From Coprobacillaceae bacterium (lineage in GTDB: Bacteria; Bacillota_I; Bacilli_A; Erysipelotrichales; Coprobacillaceae), in NCBI GenBank assembly GCA_963675515.1, contig OY776328.1:2040001-2072000 (forward strand): DNA of 32,000 nt. Reading direction: 5' to 3'. A program made the translations under genes and the position numbers. The notes below the pieces were generated by a model. It was not told the origin of the DNA and searched no databases. It saw nothing but the letters and a program-made list of their open reading frames with translations. Of this stretch, positions 1 through 10,530 are shown piece by piece (position 1 is the stretch's first letter; every line of letters starts with the position of its first letter).

Positions 1-513
1 GAGTTTGGTCTGGTTATTCAAAGGCATGGCGGCTATCCGTTTTTTGAGCTGTTCGATATTCGCACCGGTCAAGGCGCTGACCGCCATGGAATGTTCATCG
101 TCTATTTCCACGATGTCCATCAGATCTGTTTTGTTGTAGACAACAAGATAACCGATTCCCTTTTCATTGAAAAGTCCGATCAACTCCTTGTCGTAATCGT
201 CAAGACCAATGGTGCCATCAACGACGAGAATCGCGATATCGGTCTTGTTTAACACCTGGCGGCTTTTATCGACCCGAAGCTTGCCAAGGGCCCCTTCGTC
301 ATCGATTCCGGCCGTGTCGATGACGACAACCGGACCGATGGGCAGCAGCTCCATCGACTTGTATACCGGGTCGGTTGTGGTACCCTTGACATCGGATACA
401 ACCGCCAGCTGCTGGCTGGTGAATGCGTTGACCAGGCTCGATTTGCCCGAGTTGCGCTTGCCAAAAAATCCGATATGGACCCGGTTGGCTCTGGGCGATG
501 AATTCATACTCAT
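1..513 (-). CDS. hydF: [FeFe]-hydrogenase maturation GTPase HydF, N-terminal 171 codons (gene runs off the left edge)
   Basis: Absent from the ORF track because it is open at the window edge. The minus-strand frame from ATG 513-511 reads MSMNSSPRANRVHIGFFGKRNSGKSSLVNAF..GTTTDPV..IDTAGIDD..VYNKTD, giving the G1-G4 GTPase motifs. GGAGG lies 7 nt upstream and the gene starts 12 nt after the hydG stop. Confidence 0.85.
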   Translation of the reverse strand, partial: MSMNSSPRANRVHIGFFGKRNSGKSSLVNAFTSQQLAVVSDVKGTTTDPVYKSMELLPIGPVVVIDTAGIDDEGALGKLRVDKSRQVLNKTDIAILVVDGTIGLDDYDKELIGLFNEKGIGYLVVYNKTDLMDIVEIDDEHSMAVSALTGANIEQLKKRIAAMPLNNQTKL

Positions 514-525
514 TCCAATTCCTCC

Positions 526-1944
526 CTAGAACCGGAAATCCCGGCTTCCTTTGGCTATCTGATTGAGGTTGTCCAAGGCGATTGATTTGACCTTTTCGTT
601 TGGCACCTTTTCGATTTCCTGTTCGATCAGCTTTTCTCCGGTTGCTTTGGTTTCCGGTGATGCGTAGTCCTCGAGATATTCCTTGAGGGTCATCAGGGCA
701 TTTGGATGGCAGCAGTTCTGGATCTGACCGCTTTTGCACAGGCTCATGAACCTATCCCCGGTCCGCCCTTCGCGGTAGCAAGCGGTGCAGAAGCTTGGAA
801 TGTAGCCAAGATCCATCAGCCATTTGACGATCTCGTCAAGGGTCCGCTTGTCGCTGGTGTCAAACTGCTGCGAGTTTTCCTCCTCAGGTTCGGGATCGGC
901 ATAACCCCCGACGCTTGTTTTCGAACCGCCGCTGATCTGGGAAACCCCAAGTTCAAGCACCTTTTCTCGGCATTCCTTGCTTTCCCTGGTCGACACGATC
1001 ATCCCGGTGTAAGGAACGGCGATCCTGATGCAGGCGACAATCTTCGCGAATGTCTCATCATCGATTCCGTTTTCAAACTCGGTCGGGTCGATATCGTCAG
1101 CCTGGCGGATCCGCGGCACTGAAATGGTGTGCGGTCCGACCCCAAAAGCTGCTTCAAGATGCTGTGCATGCATAAGCAAACCGGCGAATTCATAACGGTA
1201 AAGCTCCAGTCCAAAAAGAACACCAAGCCCGACATCGTCGATGCCACCTTCCATTGCCCGGTCCATCGCTTCGGTATGGTAGGCGTAGTTATGCTTAGGT
1301 CCGGTCGGATGAAGCTTTTCATAGCTTTCCTTGTTGTATGTTTCCTGGAAGAGGATATAAGTCCCGATTCCGGCGTCCTTGAGCTTGCGGTAGTCCTCAA
1401 CTGTCGTTGCTGCAATATTCACATTGACCCGGCGGATGGCCCCGTTTTTATGTTTGATGCGATAAATTGTATCGATGCACTCAAGGATATATTCGATCGG
1501 GTTGTTTACCGGGTCTTCCCCGGCTTCAAGGGCGAGCCGCTTGTGGCCCATGTCCTGGAGGGCGATCACTTCCTTCTCGATTTCCGCCTGGGTCATCTTC
1601 TTGCGGGCGATTGTCTTGTTTTTGAGATGGTACGGGCAATAGACACAGCCGTTGATACAGTAGTTTGAAAGATAAAGCGGTGCGAACATCACGATCCGGT
1701 TGCCATAGAAATCCTGCTTGATTTGTCTGGCCAGGTCGTAGATCTCCTGGTTTTTCTCTTCAATTTCGCAATCGAGCAGAACCGCCGCCTCGCGGTGGCT
1801 CAGGCCCTTGCGAAGTCTTGCTTTGGCGATGATGGCATCGATCAGCTCGGCATTGTTTTTGTTTGCCTTGGCATATTCCAAGGTGTCCAGGATTTCCTCA
1901 TGGGAAATGAACTCCTGGGCTTTGGGTGATAATACGTCGTACAT
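526..1944 (-). CDS. hydG: [FeFe]-hydrogenase H-cluster radical-SAM maturase HydG
   Basis: 472-aa ORF with radical-SAM CINGCVYC (CX3CX2C), a ThiH-like body and the cysteine-rich C-terminal motif (CTACYREGRTGDRF..C..CC) typical of HydG. Flanked by hydE and hydF. Confidence 0.93.
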   Translation of the reverse strand: MYDVLSPKAQEFISHEEILDTLEYAKANKNNAELIDAIIAKARLRKGLSHREAAVLLDCEIEEKNQEIYDLARQIKQDFYGNRIVMFAPLYLSNYCINGCVYCPYHLKNKTIARKKMTQAEIEKEVIALQDMGHKRLALEAGEDPVNNPIEYILECIDTIYRIKHKNGAIRRVNVNIAATTVEDYRKLKDAGIGTYILFQETYNKESYEKLHPTGPKHNYAYHTEAMDRAMEGGIDDVGLGVLFGLELYRYEFAGLLMHAQHLEAAFGVGPHTISVPRIRQADDIDPTEFENGIDDETFAKIVACIRIAVPYTGMIVSTRESKECREKVLELGVSQISGGSKTSVGGYADPEPEEENSQQFDTSDKRTLDEIVKWLMDLGYIPSFCTACYREGRTGDRFMSLCKSGQIQNCCHPNALMTLKEYLEDYASPETKATGEKLIEQEIEKVPNEKVKSIALDNLNQIAKGSRDFRF

Positions 1945-1997
1945 AGTTGGTTTCCTTTCTTAACGGGTCAGACTCTTCTTCCCCTTCAGTCTCTGGT

Positions 1998-3041
1998 TTA
2001 TTTGATAGATTTGTGGTCGCCTCTGGAAACAGCGACCTGGTAACCGATCCGTTTCAGGCGCATTTCCATGCAGCTGCGGCATTCGGCTGCCTCGTCTCCG
2101 GTGCAGATCTTGTTGTCATAGAGCATGTAATCCTTGCGGACGCTCCCAGGCGAGAGGTTTGGCATGACTACATTGGCTCCTGCCAGGATTCCCAGTTCCC
2201 GGCCTTTGGGATTGATTGTGCCAAGGGCCGTAGTGGCCGGCAGCAGGACATCGGGAAGCATCAGGCGGATGATGCCAAGCAAAAACAGGGTCTGTTCCAG
2301 CGTTCCGGGAGTTTCCTTGGCAAACGGGGTGTCGTGATGGGGAATGAACGGCCCGATTCCCACCATATGGGGCTCGAGCTCCCTGATGAAAATCAGATCC
2401 TCGACCAGGTTGTCGATAGTCTGGTTTGGTGATCCGACCATGAAGCCGCATCCCACCTGGTAGCCGATTTTTTTGAGATCCAAAAGGCATTGCTTGCGGT
2501 TGGCCAACGTCATTTGGGCAGGATGGAGCGTGGCATAGTGATCATCATTGGCACTCTCGTGACGCAGGAGATAGCGGTTGGCTCCGGCATCGAAAAATGC
2601 CTGGTAGCTTTCCTTGCTTTTTTCCCCGATTGAAAGGGTGATGGCACAATCGGGATAGCCTTCCCTGATCGCCTTGACGATGTTTACCATTCTTTCATCG
2701 CTGTAGTACGGGTCCTCGCCGCCCTGGAGCACGAAAGTCCTGAAGCCAAGTTCATAACCCGTAGATGCACACTCGAGAATCTGTTCCTTGGAAAGCCGGT
2801 AGCGGTTGGCAAAGCCATTGCTTTTGCGGATGCCGCAGTAGTAACAGTCATTCTTGCAGTAGTTGGTGAATTCAATCAGGCCGCGGATGTACACATCGTT
2901 GCCATAGTTTGCCCCTTGGACTTCTCGGGCCTTAGCGAACAGATAGTCCGACAGTTCCGGACTTTGGTTTTCAAGCAAAGCCTTGAATTCTTCTTTGGTT
3001 AAAACCCGCTGCTTTGCGAGTTTGTCGATAAGTTCTTTCAT
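1998..3041 (-). CDS. hydE: [FeFe]-hydrogenase H-cluster radical-SAM maturase HydE
   Basis: 347-aa ORF with radical-SAM CKNDCYYC and BioB-like architecture; length and operon context fit HydE. Confidence 0.92.
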   Translation of the reverse strand: MKELIDKLAKQRVLTKEEFKALLENQSPELSDYLFAKAREVQGANYGNDVYIRGLIEFTNYCKNDCYYCGIRKSNGFANRYRLSKEQILECASTGYELGFRTFVLQGGEDPYYSDERMVNIVKAIREGYPDCAITLSIGEKSKESYQAFFDAGANRYLLRHESANDDHYATLHPAQMTLANRKQCLLDLKKIGYQVGCGFMVGSPNQTIDNLVEDLIFIRELEPHMVGIGPFIPHHDTPFAKETPGTLEQTLFLLGIIRLMLPDVLLPATTALGTINPKGRELGILAGANVVMPNLSPGSVRKDYMLYDNKICTGDEAAECRSCMEMRLKRIGYQVAVSRGDHKSIK

Positions 3042-3043
3042 TC

Positions 3044-3307
3044 TTAATCCTCTTTTTTGAAATTGACCTTCGAATATACCGCCTTGGTCGATAAACCGGG
3101 CAGGTTTCCCAGTTTTCCCGACAGGGCGGAAATCACATCCTGGGGAGCGTCGATGGCTATCGAGATGATCGAAATGCTTTTTTCCCGATATGGCAGCCCC
3201 ATCCTTCCGATGATATACTGCCCGTAGTTGTGCAGGATGGAGTTCATCTTTTCAACCGATTCGGTGTTTTCCACAATGATTCCAATGATCGCTACTTTTG
3301 TTTCCAT
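3044..3307 (-). CDS. TM1266-like small ACT-fold protein (putative iron-only hydrogenase system regulator)
   Basis: 87-aa ORF METKVAIIGIIVENTESVEKMNSILH.., whose stop lies 2 nt from the hydE start. GGGAGG RBS. This small family is the usual first gene of hydEGF clusters. Confidence 0.75.
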   Translation of the reverse strand: METKVAIIGIIVENTESVEKMNSILHNYGQYIIGRMGLPYREKSISIISIAIDAPQDVISALSGKLGNLPGLSTKAVYSKVNFKKED

Positions 3308-3324
3308 TTCGTTTTCCTCCCAAC

Positions 3325-3348
3325 AAAAAAGCGCCCGAAAAAAGGCGC
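3325..3348 (-). terminator. Intrinsic terminator-like hairpin in the hyd operon leader (attenuator)
   Basis: The minus strand reads GCGCC-UUUUUUCG-GGCGC followed by UUUUUU, ending 3 nt before the GGGAGG RBS of the TM1266-like gene. Confidence 0.55.
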
Positions 3349-3469
3349 AATAATCCCATGGATATGAAGATTGCCGGCCTTTCGCCTCATAATCCGATAT
3401 TTGGCGTCAGTAACAATTGTTTAGTCGCTCAATCAGCAGATCGCTCTTTTGACCAAGTTACATAGCCCT

Positions 3470-3498
3470 AGTCTACCTTATTTGAACATTTTTGTAAA
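3470..3498 (-). promoter_or_regulatory. Candidate sigma-70 promoter of the hyd maturation operon
   Basis: Minus strand: TTTACA (3498-3493), 17-nt spacer, TAGACT (3475-3470). Sequence match only. Confidence 0.3.
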
Positions 3499-3876
3499 CC
3501 CTAACAATAACAAAAATGGCGCTTGATCCATGACTTTTCCAAACATCCGGTTTCAAAGGTAGGTCGTTTGCAACTTAAGCACTACCGGACGCTTGTTTGG
3601 TTATGATATCTGATTATTTTCTTTAGGCACATTGTCCCCCCGATCCAGTCTTTTCCTAAAAACAAAAAACCTTAAGAAAATTTTTTCATAATTTGAACGA
3701 ATTTAACATCCCTCATATTGTCAAGGTAGAATGATAAAAAAACGAGGAGCTAACTATATTTAAATCAAGTGTTTTTTGATAATTAGCTGAATTTATTATT
3801 AGATTTTTGAAAAGTGAATTTGTGTACACTGAAAACAACCACACAGTGGCCTTGGAATTTATTTTACAGTTGTAAA

Positions 3877-5046
3877 TTATTTGAGTTCCGATTCGTCAAA
3901 CGTGATGTTTTCAGATAACAGTTTATAAATTACTCTTATTAGTTTTCTAATCGAATGTCCTTGAGCGCAGCGATGTGATTTACCTTGAGAACGTTTTAGG
4001 TTATAATAACTATTGAAAGTGGAGTTGTGGGTGCATACTGGAAGAATGCATTGGTAAAGTGTCTTTCTCAAATAACGTGAACCACGTTTTGACAAAGCAG
4101 TTTGTGGGGCGTTGTATTCTCCGGATTGATATGTTCCAGGATCAACACCTGCAAAACCGATAACTTTAGCTGGGGAGCTAAAATTGTCGAGATCCCCAAT
4201 TTCACTTAATATTGACATTCCTGAGTATATACCAATGCCAGGGATAGTAAAGATAGGAGAATTTAGTGCGATGGCTAGTTCTTCTATTTTTTTATCCACT
4301 ATTTCCAAGTGCTGCTCAGATAAATCAAGGGATTCAATAAGCATTTTGATTTCCATGGTAATTATTTCGTTGTTCTCGCCGATTGATTGTTTAGCTGCTT
4401 CGCGAATTGCCAAGGCATCAACCTTCACAGTTCTACCTTTTCCTTGTTGCCGCAAGACATTTTTAAGATGAGCAAGATTGGCATTGGCTAGATTGTATGA
4501 GTTCCCAAACTCTCTTAAAATAGCCATGTAAGCCCGAGAATACTTGGTTTTGAACCAACTGTTTATTTCAGGAATTACGGTATCAATGCACTTTTGAAGT
4601 CTGTTTTTAAGCTGGTTGATATCTTCAGTAAGTGTTGCGTGATACCGGGTAAGTTCTTTGGCTTGTTTCAATGCCAACTTGCGTTTTGTAACCTTGGTGT
4701 AGTTCTTGTCGAACAGCACAGAGCAGATCAGGAAAGTATCTTTCTTATCGTTTTTGGTCTTCCTGATTTTTCCACGACGCTTGGCATCAGTTGTCAAAGG
4801 ATTTATCATCCCGACTTCGTAGCTGTTTGATACTAGAAAATTTACGATGTTGTCACCGTAGTGACCTGTCGCCTCTAGTCCGACAATATGCCTTGAAGAA
4901 TTGAATTTTCTTGTGTTTTTAAGAAATAAGTCAAATCCATTACGGCTATTGGTGAAGAAAAAAGGTTCGACCAACACTTCGCCATTTGAGTCAACAACGC
5001 AGGCACAGTGTTTGAATTTACCTACGTCAATACCGATGTAATACAT
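3877..5046 (-). CDS. IS110-family transposase / bridge recombinase (DEDD RuvC-like domain plus C-terminal Tnp domain)
   Basis: MYYIGIDVGKFKH.., GLEATGHY, then a C-terminal IPGIGIYSG..LSEIGD..F..FAGVDPGTYQSG..SKRGSRYLR. I moved the start from the track's TTG at 5130 to ATG 5046, which begins the conserved MYYIGIDVGK N-terminus and has an AAAGGA RBS. Confidence 0.9.
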   Translation of the reverse strand: MYYIGIDVGKFKHCACVVDSNGEVLVEPFFFTNSRNGFDLFLKNTRKFNSSRHIVGLEATGHYGDNIVNFLVSNSYEVGMINPLTTDAKRRGKIRKTKNDKKDTFLICSVLFDKNYTKVTKRKLALKQAKELTRYHATLTEDINQLKNRLQKCIDTVIPEINSWFKTKYSRAYMAILREFGNSYNLANANLAHLKNVLRQQGKGRTVKVDALAIREAAKQSIGENNEIITMEIKMLIESLDLSEQHLEIVDKKIEELAIALNSPIFTIPGIGIYSGMSILSEIGDLDNFSSPAKVIGFAGVDPGTYQSGEYNAPQTALSKRGSRYLRKTLYQCILPVCTHNSTFNSYYNLKRSQGKSHRCAQGHSIRKLIRVIYKLLSENITFDESELK

Positions 5047-5297
5047 GATAACACGTCCTTTCGTAATAGGTGAGATGTGATATATCCACATACAAGGTAT
5101 CAAAGATCCTGGTGCAAAATACAAGTTCAAAGACTTATCTAACTAATTTCAATTCAGATACGAAGATGTGGCAATTTCCTCCTCGAGGTAGTCAAGCTAC
5201 AGGAATAAAACATCAAAGTACACATTCACAATTCAATTCTATAACAAAAATAAAAGAAAGGAAAATGTATATCATAAATTGACTACTAGATAAGTCA
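5047..5297 (-). ncRNA. Candidate IS110 bridge RNA region (5' non-coding end of the element)
   Basis: About 250 nt upstream of the recombinase with no credible ORF. Contains several local hairpins, plus a 10-nt perfect complement between 5132-5141 and 5287-5296. The family is known to encode a structured guide RNA in this position. Confidence 0.4.
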
Positions 5298-5304
5298 TTT
5301 ATAA

Positions 5305-5940
<636 letters not shown>

Positions 5941-6610
5941 TAGGCATGAAATGGGAGGATTTTCCAATAGGAAAATCACAACTGAATATTCAATACTTGG
6001 AATGATGGCTGTCATGTTAGCCTGAAACAAGTAGTCTGATACTCCTACACGCATGAGGTTATAACAGTAAAATTATGTGTGAAGCTAGGTGAAGTCGGCT
6101 GAACAATACCTAAGTGATATATCATATGGTAAAGGATAGGCCGGGACGCTATAAATTATCTATGGTGAGAATGTCCGTGTAAGGACTGACGAAACTGCGA
6201 ATGTACGGGTCTAGAAAGTCGTGCTATTGAAAGGTGGCATGTTGCGTGCGCAACGATGAATATCGAAAAGTAAGAATCGTTGATATGAAATTCGAGATAC
6301 TCGACAATGAGGGTATAATTCATCAGGCTCATAGCAGGAACCTAAGGATAAATGTAAAGCTAGAATATTTGGAACGTTGTAAGCGAGAAACGTCTATTAA
6401 ACGACTGTTATCGGGACGGTAACTATAAGTGTAAACGAAGTGTTTTTATTCTCGTGAAAGTAGGGGCACAGTACCGATGAAGCCACGAAAAATGGTGGAG
6501 GGATAGCCCCAAGTCTGGTTCTTTAAAAATCAGTTACAGTTAAATGAAGCTCACAGGGTCTGATAAGATGATGGGAAACAATTGTTCTAAACGAAAGGAA
6601 TAATCCATCG

Positions 6611-8405
6611 GTGAGCACGGGATTACGAAACAACGAATATTACAGTATGCAGGAAACTTTTGACTGGTTGTATCAAATGAGTTTAAACAATGATACTTAC
6701 GGGATAGATCTTTATAATCTGGTGATATCCAGGAACAATATACTCCTCGCCTATCGAAACATCAAAAGCAACACCGGAAGTCACACTAAAGGCACTGACG
6801 GCCTTACTATTGATGATTACAAGATAGAAAACGTTGAGAAATTTATTCAGGATATTAGACTATCGCTATTGGACTATAAACCAAAAACGGTAAGAAGAGT
6901 AGAAATACCTAAACCTAATGGAAAATTACGACCATTGGGAATACCAACGATGCATGACAGACTGATTCAACAGATGTTCAAACAGATACTTGAACCAATC
7001 TGCGAAGCGAAGTTTCATAAGCATTCATATGGATTTAGAGCCAATCGCTCAACCCATAATGCTTTGTCAAGATGTTGCCATATCGCCAATATGACGCACA
7101 ATCACTATGTTGTTGATTTGGATATCGAATCGTTCTTTGACAATGTCAATCATACCAAGTTAATCAAACAACTTTGGAATATCGGCATCAAGGATAATCA
7201 GGTACTGACGATTATAAGTAGAATGCTGAAAGCTCCCATCAAAGGAGTAGGTGTCCCACACTGTGGGACACCACAGGGCAGGAGTGCTTTCGCCATTACT
7301 TTCAAACGTAGTGTTGAACGATCTGGACTGGTGGATAAGCAATCAATGGGAAACATTCAATGCTGATTATAAATGTCCATATAAGTATAGAGTACTCAAG
7401 AAAACCAATCTAAAAGAAATGTATGCGGTAAGGTATGCCGATGACGCACGAGTCTTCACTTGCAGTTATAAAAATGCGGTAAGGATATATCATGCGGTCA
7501 AGGAATATCTGAAGAATGAACTTAAACTTAATGTTTCACCTGAAAAGTCAAAGATTACCAATCTAAGGAAACGTAGGTCGGACTATTTGGGGTTTGAAAT
7601 GAAGCTGGTACCAAAGCGCAAGAAGTACGTTGCGAATACCTTTGTATCGGCGAAAAGTAAAATAAAAATCAAAGCGGAAATAAGGAAAAGAGTTATCGAG
7701 ATACAGCGTCATACAATTTCCAAGAATATCCACAATTATAATTCATATATACTGGGGATAAGAAATTATTATGAAGCTGCAACACATGTAAATATAGATT
7801 TTAGAAATGTTTACCATCAGACGCTCAAGACCTTGTACAACCGATTGAAACCAATAGCTAAATATGAAGTACCCAGGAGTCCCCCACCGTTGTATAAGAA
7901 GTTATTTAAGAATAACTATCGCACATTCACGATTGGAGCCATTTCATTGTTTCCACTGGCGGATACGCAGTGGAAATTGAAGACAAACTTCAATCAAAAC
8001 ATATGCAACTATACCCAAGAGGGGCGCAAATTAGTTTATAAACGATTAGAAAATAATGTAACCTCAGTTATGAAGAGGTTGCTGGAACTGCCAATTGGAA
8101 ACGGAAGTGTGGAATATCGGGATAACACAATCTCAAAGTATTCAATGCAAAAAGGGCGTTGTGGAATCACCCAGTTGTTTCTAACGGCCGAGGAAATACA
8201 CTGTCATCACATTGTTTCCGTTGGAGATGGTGGAACCGATAATTTTGACAATCTAATCATTATTCACAAAGAAGTACATAAACTAATACACGGTAATAAT
8301 CAGGAAACTGAAAAAACGCTATTGAAAAAGTTCAATCTAAACAAAACACAGCTTAAAAAACTGAACATGTTGCGTAAGAGATGTAATTTAACTGAAATAA
8401 ATTAA
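6611..8405 (+). pseudogene. Group II intron-encoded reverse transcriptase/maturase with C-terminal HNH endonuclease domain, split by a +1 frameshift at ~7280
   Basis: Frame 1 (6611-7366) carries RT motifs up to ..GVPHCGTPQG. Frame 2 (7251-8405) continues GVLSPLLSNVVLNDLDWW, RYADDARVF (YADD), the maturase region, and HCHHIVSVGDGGTDNFDNLIIIHKEVHKLIH (HNH). Confidence 0.85.
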
Positions 8406-8422
8406 AGAAGAATTAGATGGAA

Positions 8423-8454
8423 CGCCGTGTGCGGTGAAAGTCGCATGCACGGTG
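8423..8454 (+). ncRNA. Group II intron domain V
   Basis: CGCCGUGU-GCGGU-GAAA-GUCGC-AU-GCACGGUG: two helices, a GAAA tetraloop and a 2-nt bulge, with a CGC catalytic triad. Lies ~50 nt before the 3' splice site. Confidence 0.8.
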
Positions 8455-8504
8455 TGGAGCGGGGGAAAAGATGGAGATAACATCAAAGTCTTACCTATCG
8501 CTAT

Positions 8505-9388
<884 letters not shown>

Positions 9389-9392
9389 CAGC

Positions 9393-9421
9393 AAAAAAGT
9401 CGAAATTTTCGACTTTTTTTG
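9393..9421. terminator. Bidirectional intrinsic terminator after the GH1 gene
   Basis: AAAAAAGUCGAAAAUUUUCGACUUUUUUU: a perfect palindrome flanked by A- and U-tracts. Confidence 0.85.
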
Positions 9422-9438
9422 TTTCCTGCAATCCTAGG

Positions 9439-9819
9439 CTACTGATATCTATTTGATATTGCCTTGTCCGCCCTAAGGGCCCACAGGGTCCAGATTGGCC
9501 CGACCAGATCAAGGGCCGAGATCAAAAAGATATTGGGTCCAGACCAGCCAATTATGAAGAATACGACTGTCCCTAAGAAGAATATCAGCCTTCCAACCAC
9601 CGTGAATATGACCAACGGCCTTAGATTGGTCCGGCCGATAAGCATGTAATACAGGCTCAGGACAATCACCAGCAAGCCCAGGGTCCGGGCAATGACCAGA
9701 TCAAAGCCCACTTGAAACCTGAGCAAACCAAGAAACTGGCTGGGAAACAACATCAGGATGCTTCCGATCGCCAGCAAGATCAAAGCATCGACAAAGACGC
9801 TGAATGCCGCTTTTTTCAT
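9439..9819 (-). CDS. Hypothetical small integral membrane protein (about 4 TM segments)
   Basis: Hydrophobic ORF. Start moved to MKKAAF (ATG 9819), which has GGAGG 5 nt upstream. Confidence 0.6.
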   Translation of the reverse strand: MKKAAFSVFVDALILLAIGSILMLFPSQFLGLLRFQVGFDLVIARTLGLLVIVLSLYYMLIGRTNLRPLVIFTVVGRLIFFLGTVVFFIIGWSGPNIFLISALDLVGPIWTLWALRADKAISNRYQ

Positions 9820-9931
9820 TTTAACCTCCATTTGACATAATTCCTTCAAAAGTGCACCAGTGCATCAATCAAGGAAATTCCAAAATATCACCGAATCAAT
9901 TTGTCTGGTTTGAATGTTTTCTTAGCGCCAC

Positions 9932-10291
9932 TTACGTTTTTTTCTTCCTGATCTGCCAGTTGCGCCAGTACAGCCATCCGACCAGGAATGCCGGCCCGGC
10001 GATGGTCATGCTCCACGAAATGGCAATGTACCATTGCAGGTCGCCGCCTATCACGTTGGAAAAAACAAGTCCGATATAGGCCAACCCCGCCCCAAAAAAA
10101 CCCAGCGCCCCGATGATCTCATGGTTCCAGGCAAGAGAGATCACAATAAGCAAAACTATTGAAGGTATGTTATGCATCAACATCCCAACCAACAGTTCAC
10201 CAATGCCCATTCCGGGCTGGTATACATCAAGTGAAAACAGGAACAGGAAGCCGACAAACGCCAAGGCAAGCATACGTGGCAACCATAACAT
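9932..10291 (-). CDS. Hypothetical integral membrane protein
   Basis: Hydrophobic ORF. The internal ATG at 10291 (MLWLPRML..) is preceded by GGGAGG; the track start at 10303 overlaps that RBS. Confidence 0.6.
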   Translation of the reverse strand: MLWLPRMLALAFVGFLFLFSLDVYQPGMGIGELLVGMLMHNIPSIVLLIVISLAWNHEIIGALGFFGAGLAYIGLVFSNVIGGDLQWYIAISWSMTIAGPAFLVGWLYWRNWQIRKKKT

Positions 10292-10332
10292 TGAACCTCC
10301 CATGACTGAAAGTCACGGGATTCTTGGGAACA

Positions 10333-10530
10333 GAGCTTACTTGATTATGGTGCATCCACCATAATCAGCGGTTTCTCTTCTTTACCAAGCTATCCCCGTA
10401 GTCCCTACGGTTAAGTAGTTGTTTATGTTGATGCTATTATGCGCAGTCCTTCTTTCAGGATGTTCTTGCTTGCATTTATGTCTCGGTCATTGGTACTGCC
10501 ACAATTAGGACAAGTCCATTCCCTGATGTG
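10333..10530 (-). ncRNA. Expected TnpB omega RNA (reRNA) scaffold region: 3' end of tnpB plus the right end
   Basis: Placed by analogy with characterised TnpB loci. The sequence shows a 6-bp hairpin (CCGUAG-GGA-CUACGG) and a 10-bp perfect hairpin (GAUUAUGGUG-GAUG-CACCAUAAUC) directly after the tnpB stop. Confidence 0.45.
10343..10366 (-). repeat. Right-end subterminal hairpin of the IS200/IS605 element
   Basis: gattatggtg / caccataatc: 10-bp perfect stem with a 4-nt loop. Confidence 0.7.

Larger units (their letters stand above)
3700..5300 (-). mobile_element. IS110-family insertion sequence (boundaries approximate)
   Basis: An AT-rich block contains a DEDD/IS110-type recombinase gene with a long ORF-free 5' end and a short 3' end, and no terminal inverted repeats, as is usual for this family. 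The ends cannot be fixed from a single copy. Confidence 0.6.

Noticed and set aside
209-1929. Numerous 60-180-aa ORFs on both strands overlapping hydF and hydG (e.g. 209-529, 299-739, 706-1122, 999-1415, 1129-1668, 1723-1929), and similar ones over hydE (1947-2432, 2116-2490, 2134-2337, 2684-2875).
   Set aside because: They lie in alternative or antisense frames of strongly supported genes, have Pro/Arg/Gly-rich low-complexity composition and no RBS. This is typical shadow-ORF noise.
5047-5130. 28-codon N-terminal extension of the IS110 recombinase (track start TTG 5130).
   Set aside because: The conserved family N-terminus MYYIGIDVGK begins at ATG 5046 with its own RBS. The extension (MNLYFAPGSLIPCMWIYH..) looks non-coding and would occupy the region expected to be RNA.
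5070-5282. 70-aa plus-strand ORF inside the IS110 5' non-coding end.
   Set aside because: No RBS, low-complexity polar sequence, antisense to the element. It is better explained as non-coding (bridge-RNA) DNA.
7251-7366. The overlap of the two RT frames as a programmed ribosomal frameshift.
   Set aside because: There is no slippery heptamer or downstream structure at 7270-7290, and intact group II RTs are single ORFs. A 1-nt insertion is the simpler explanation.
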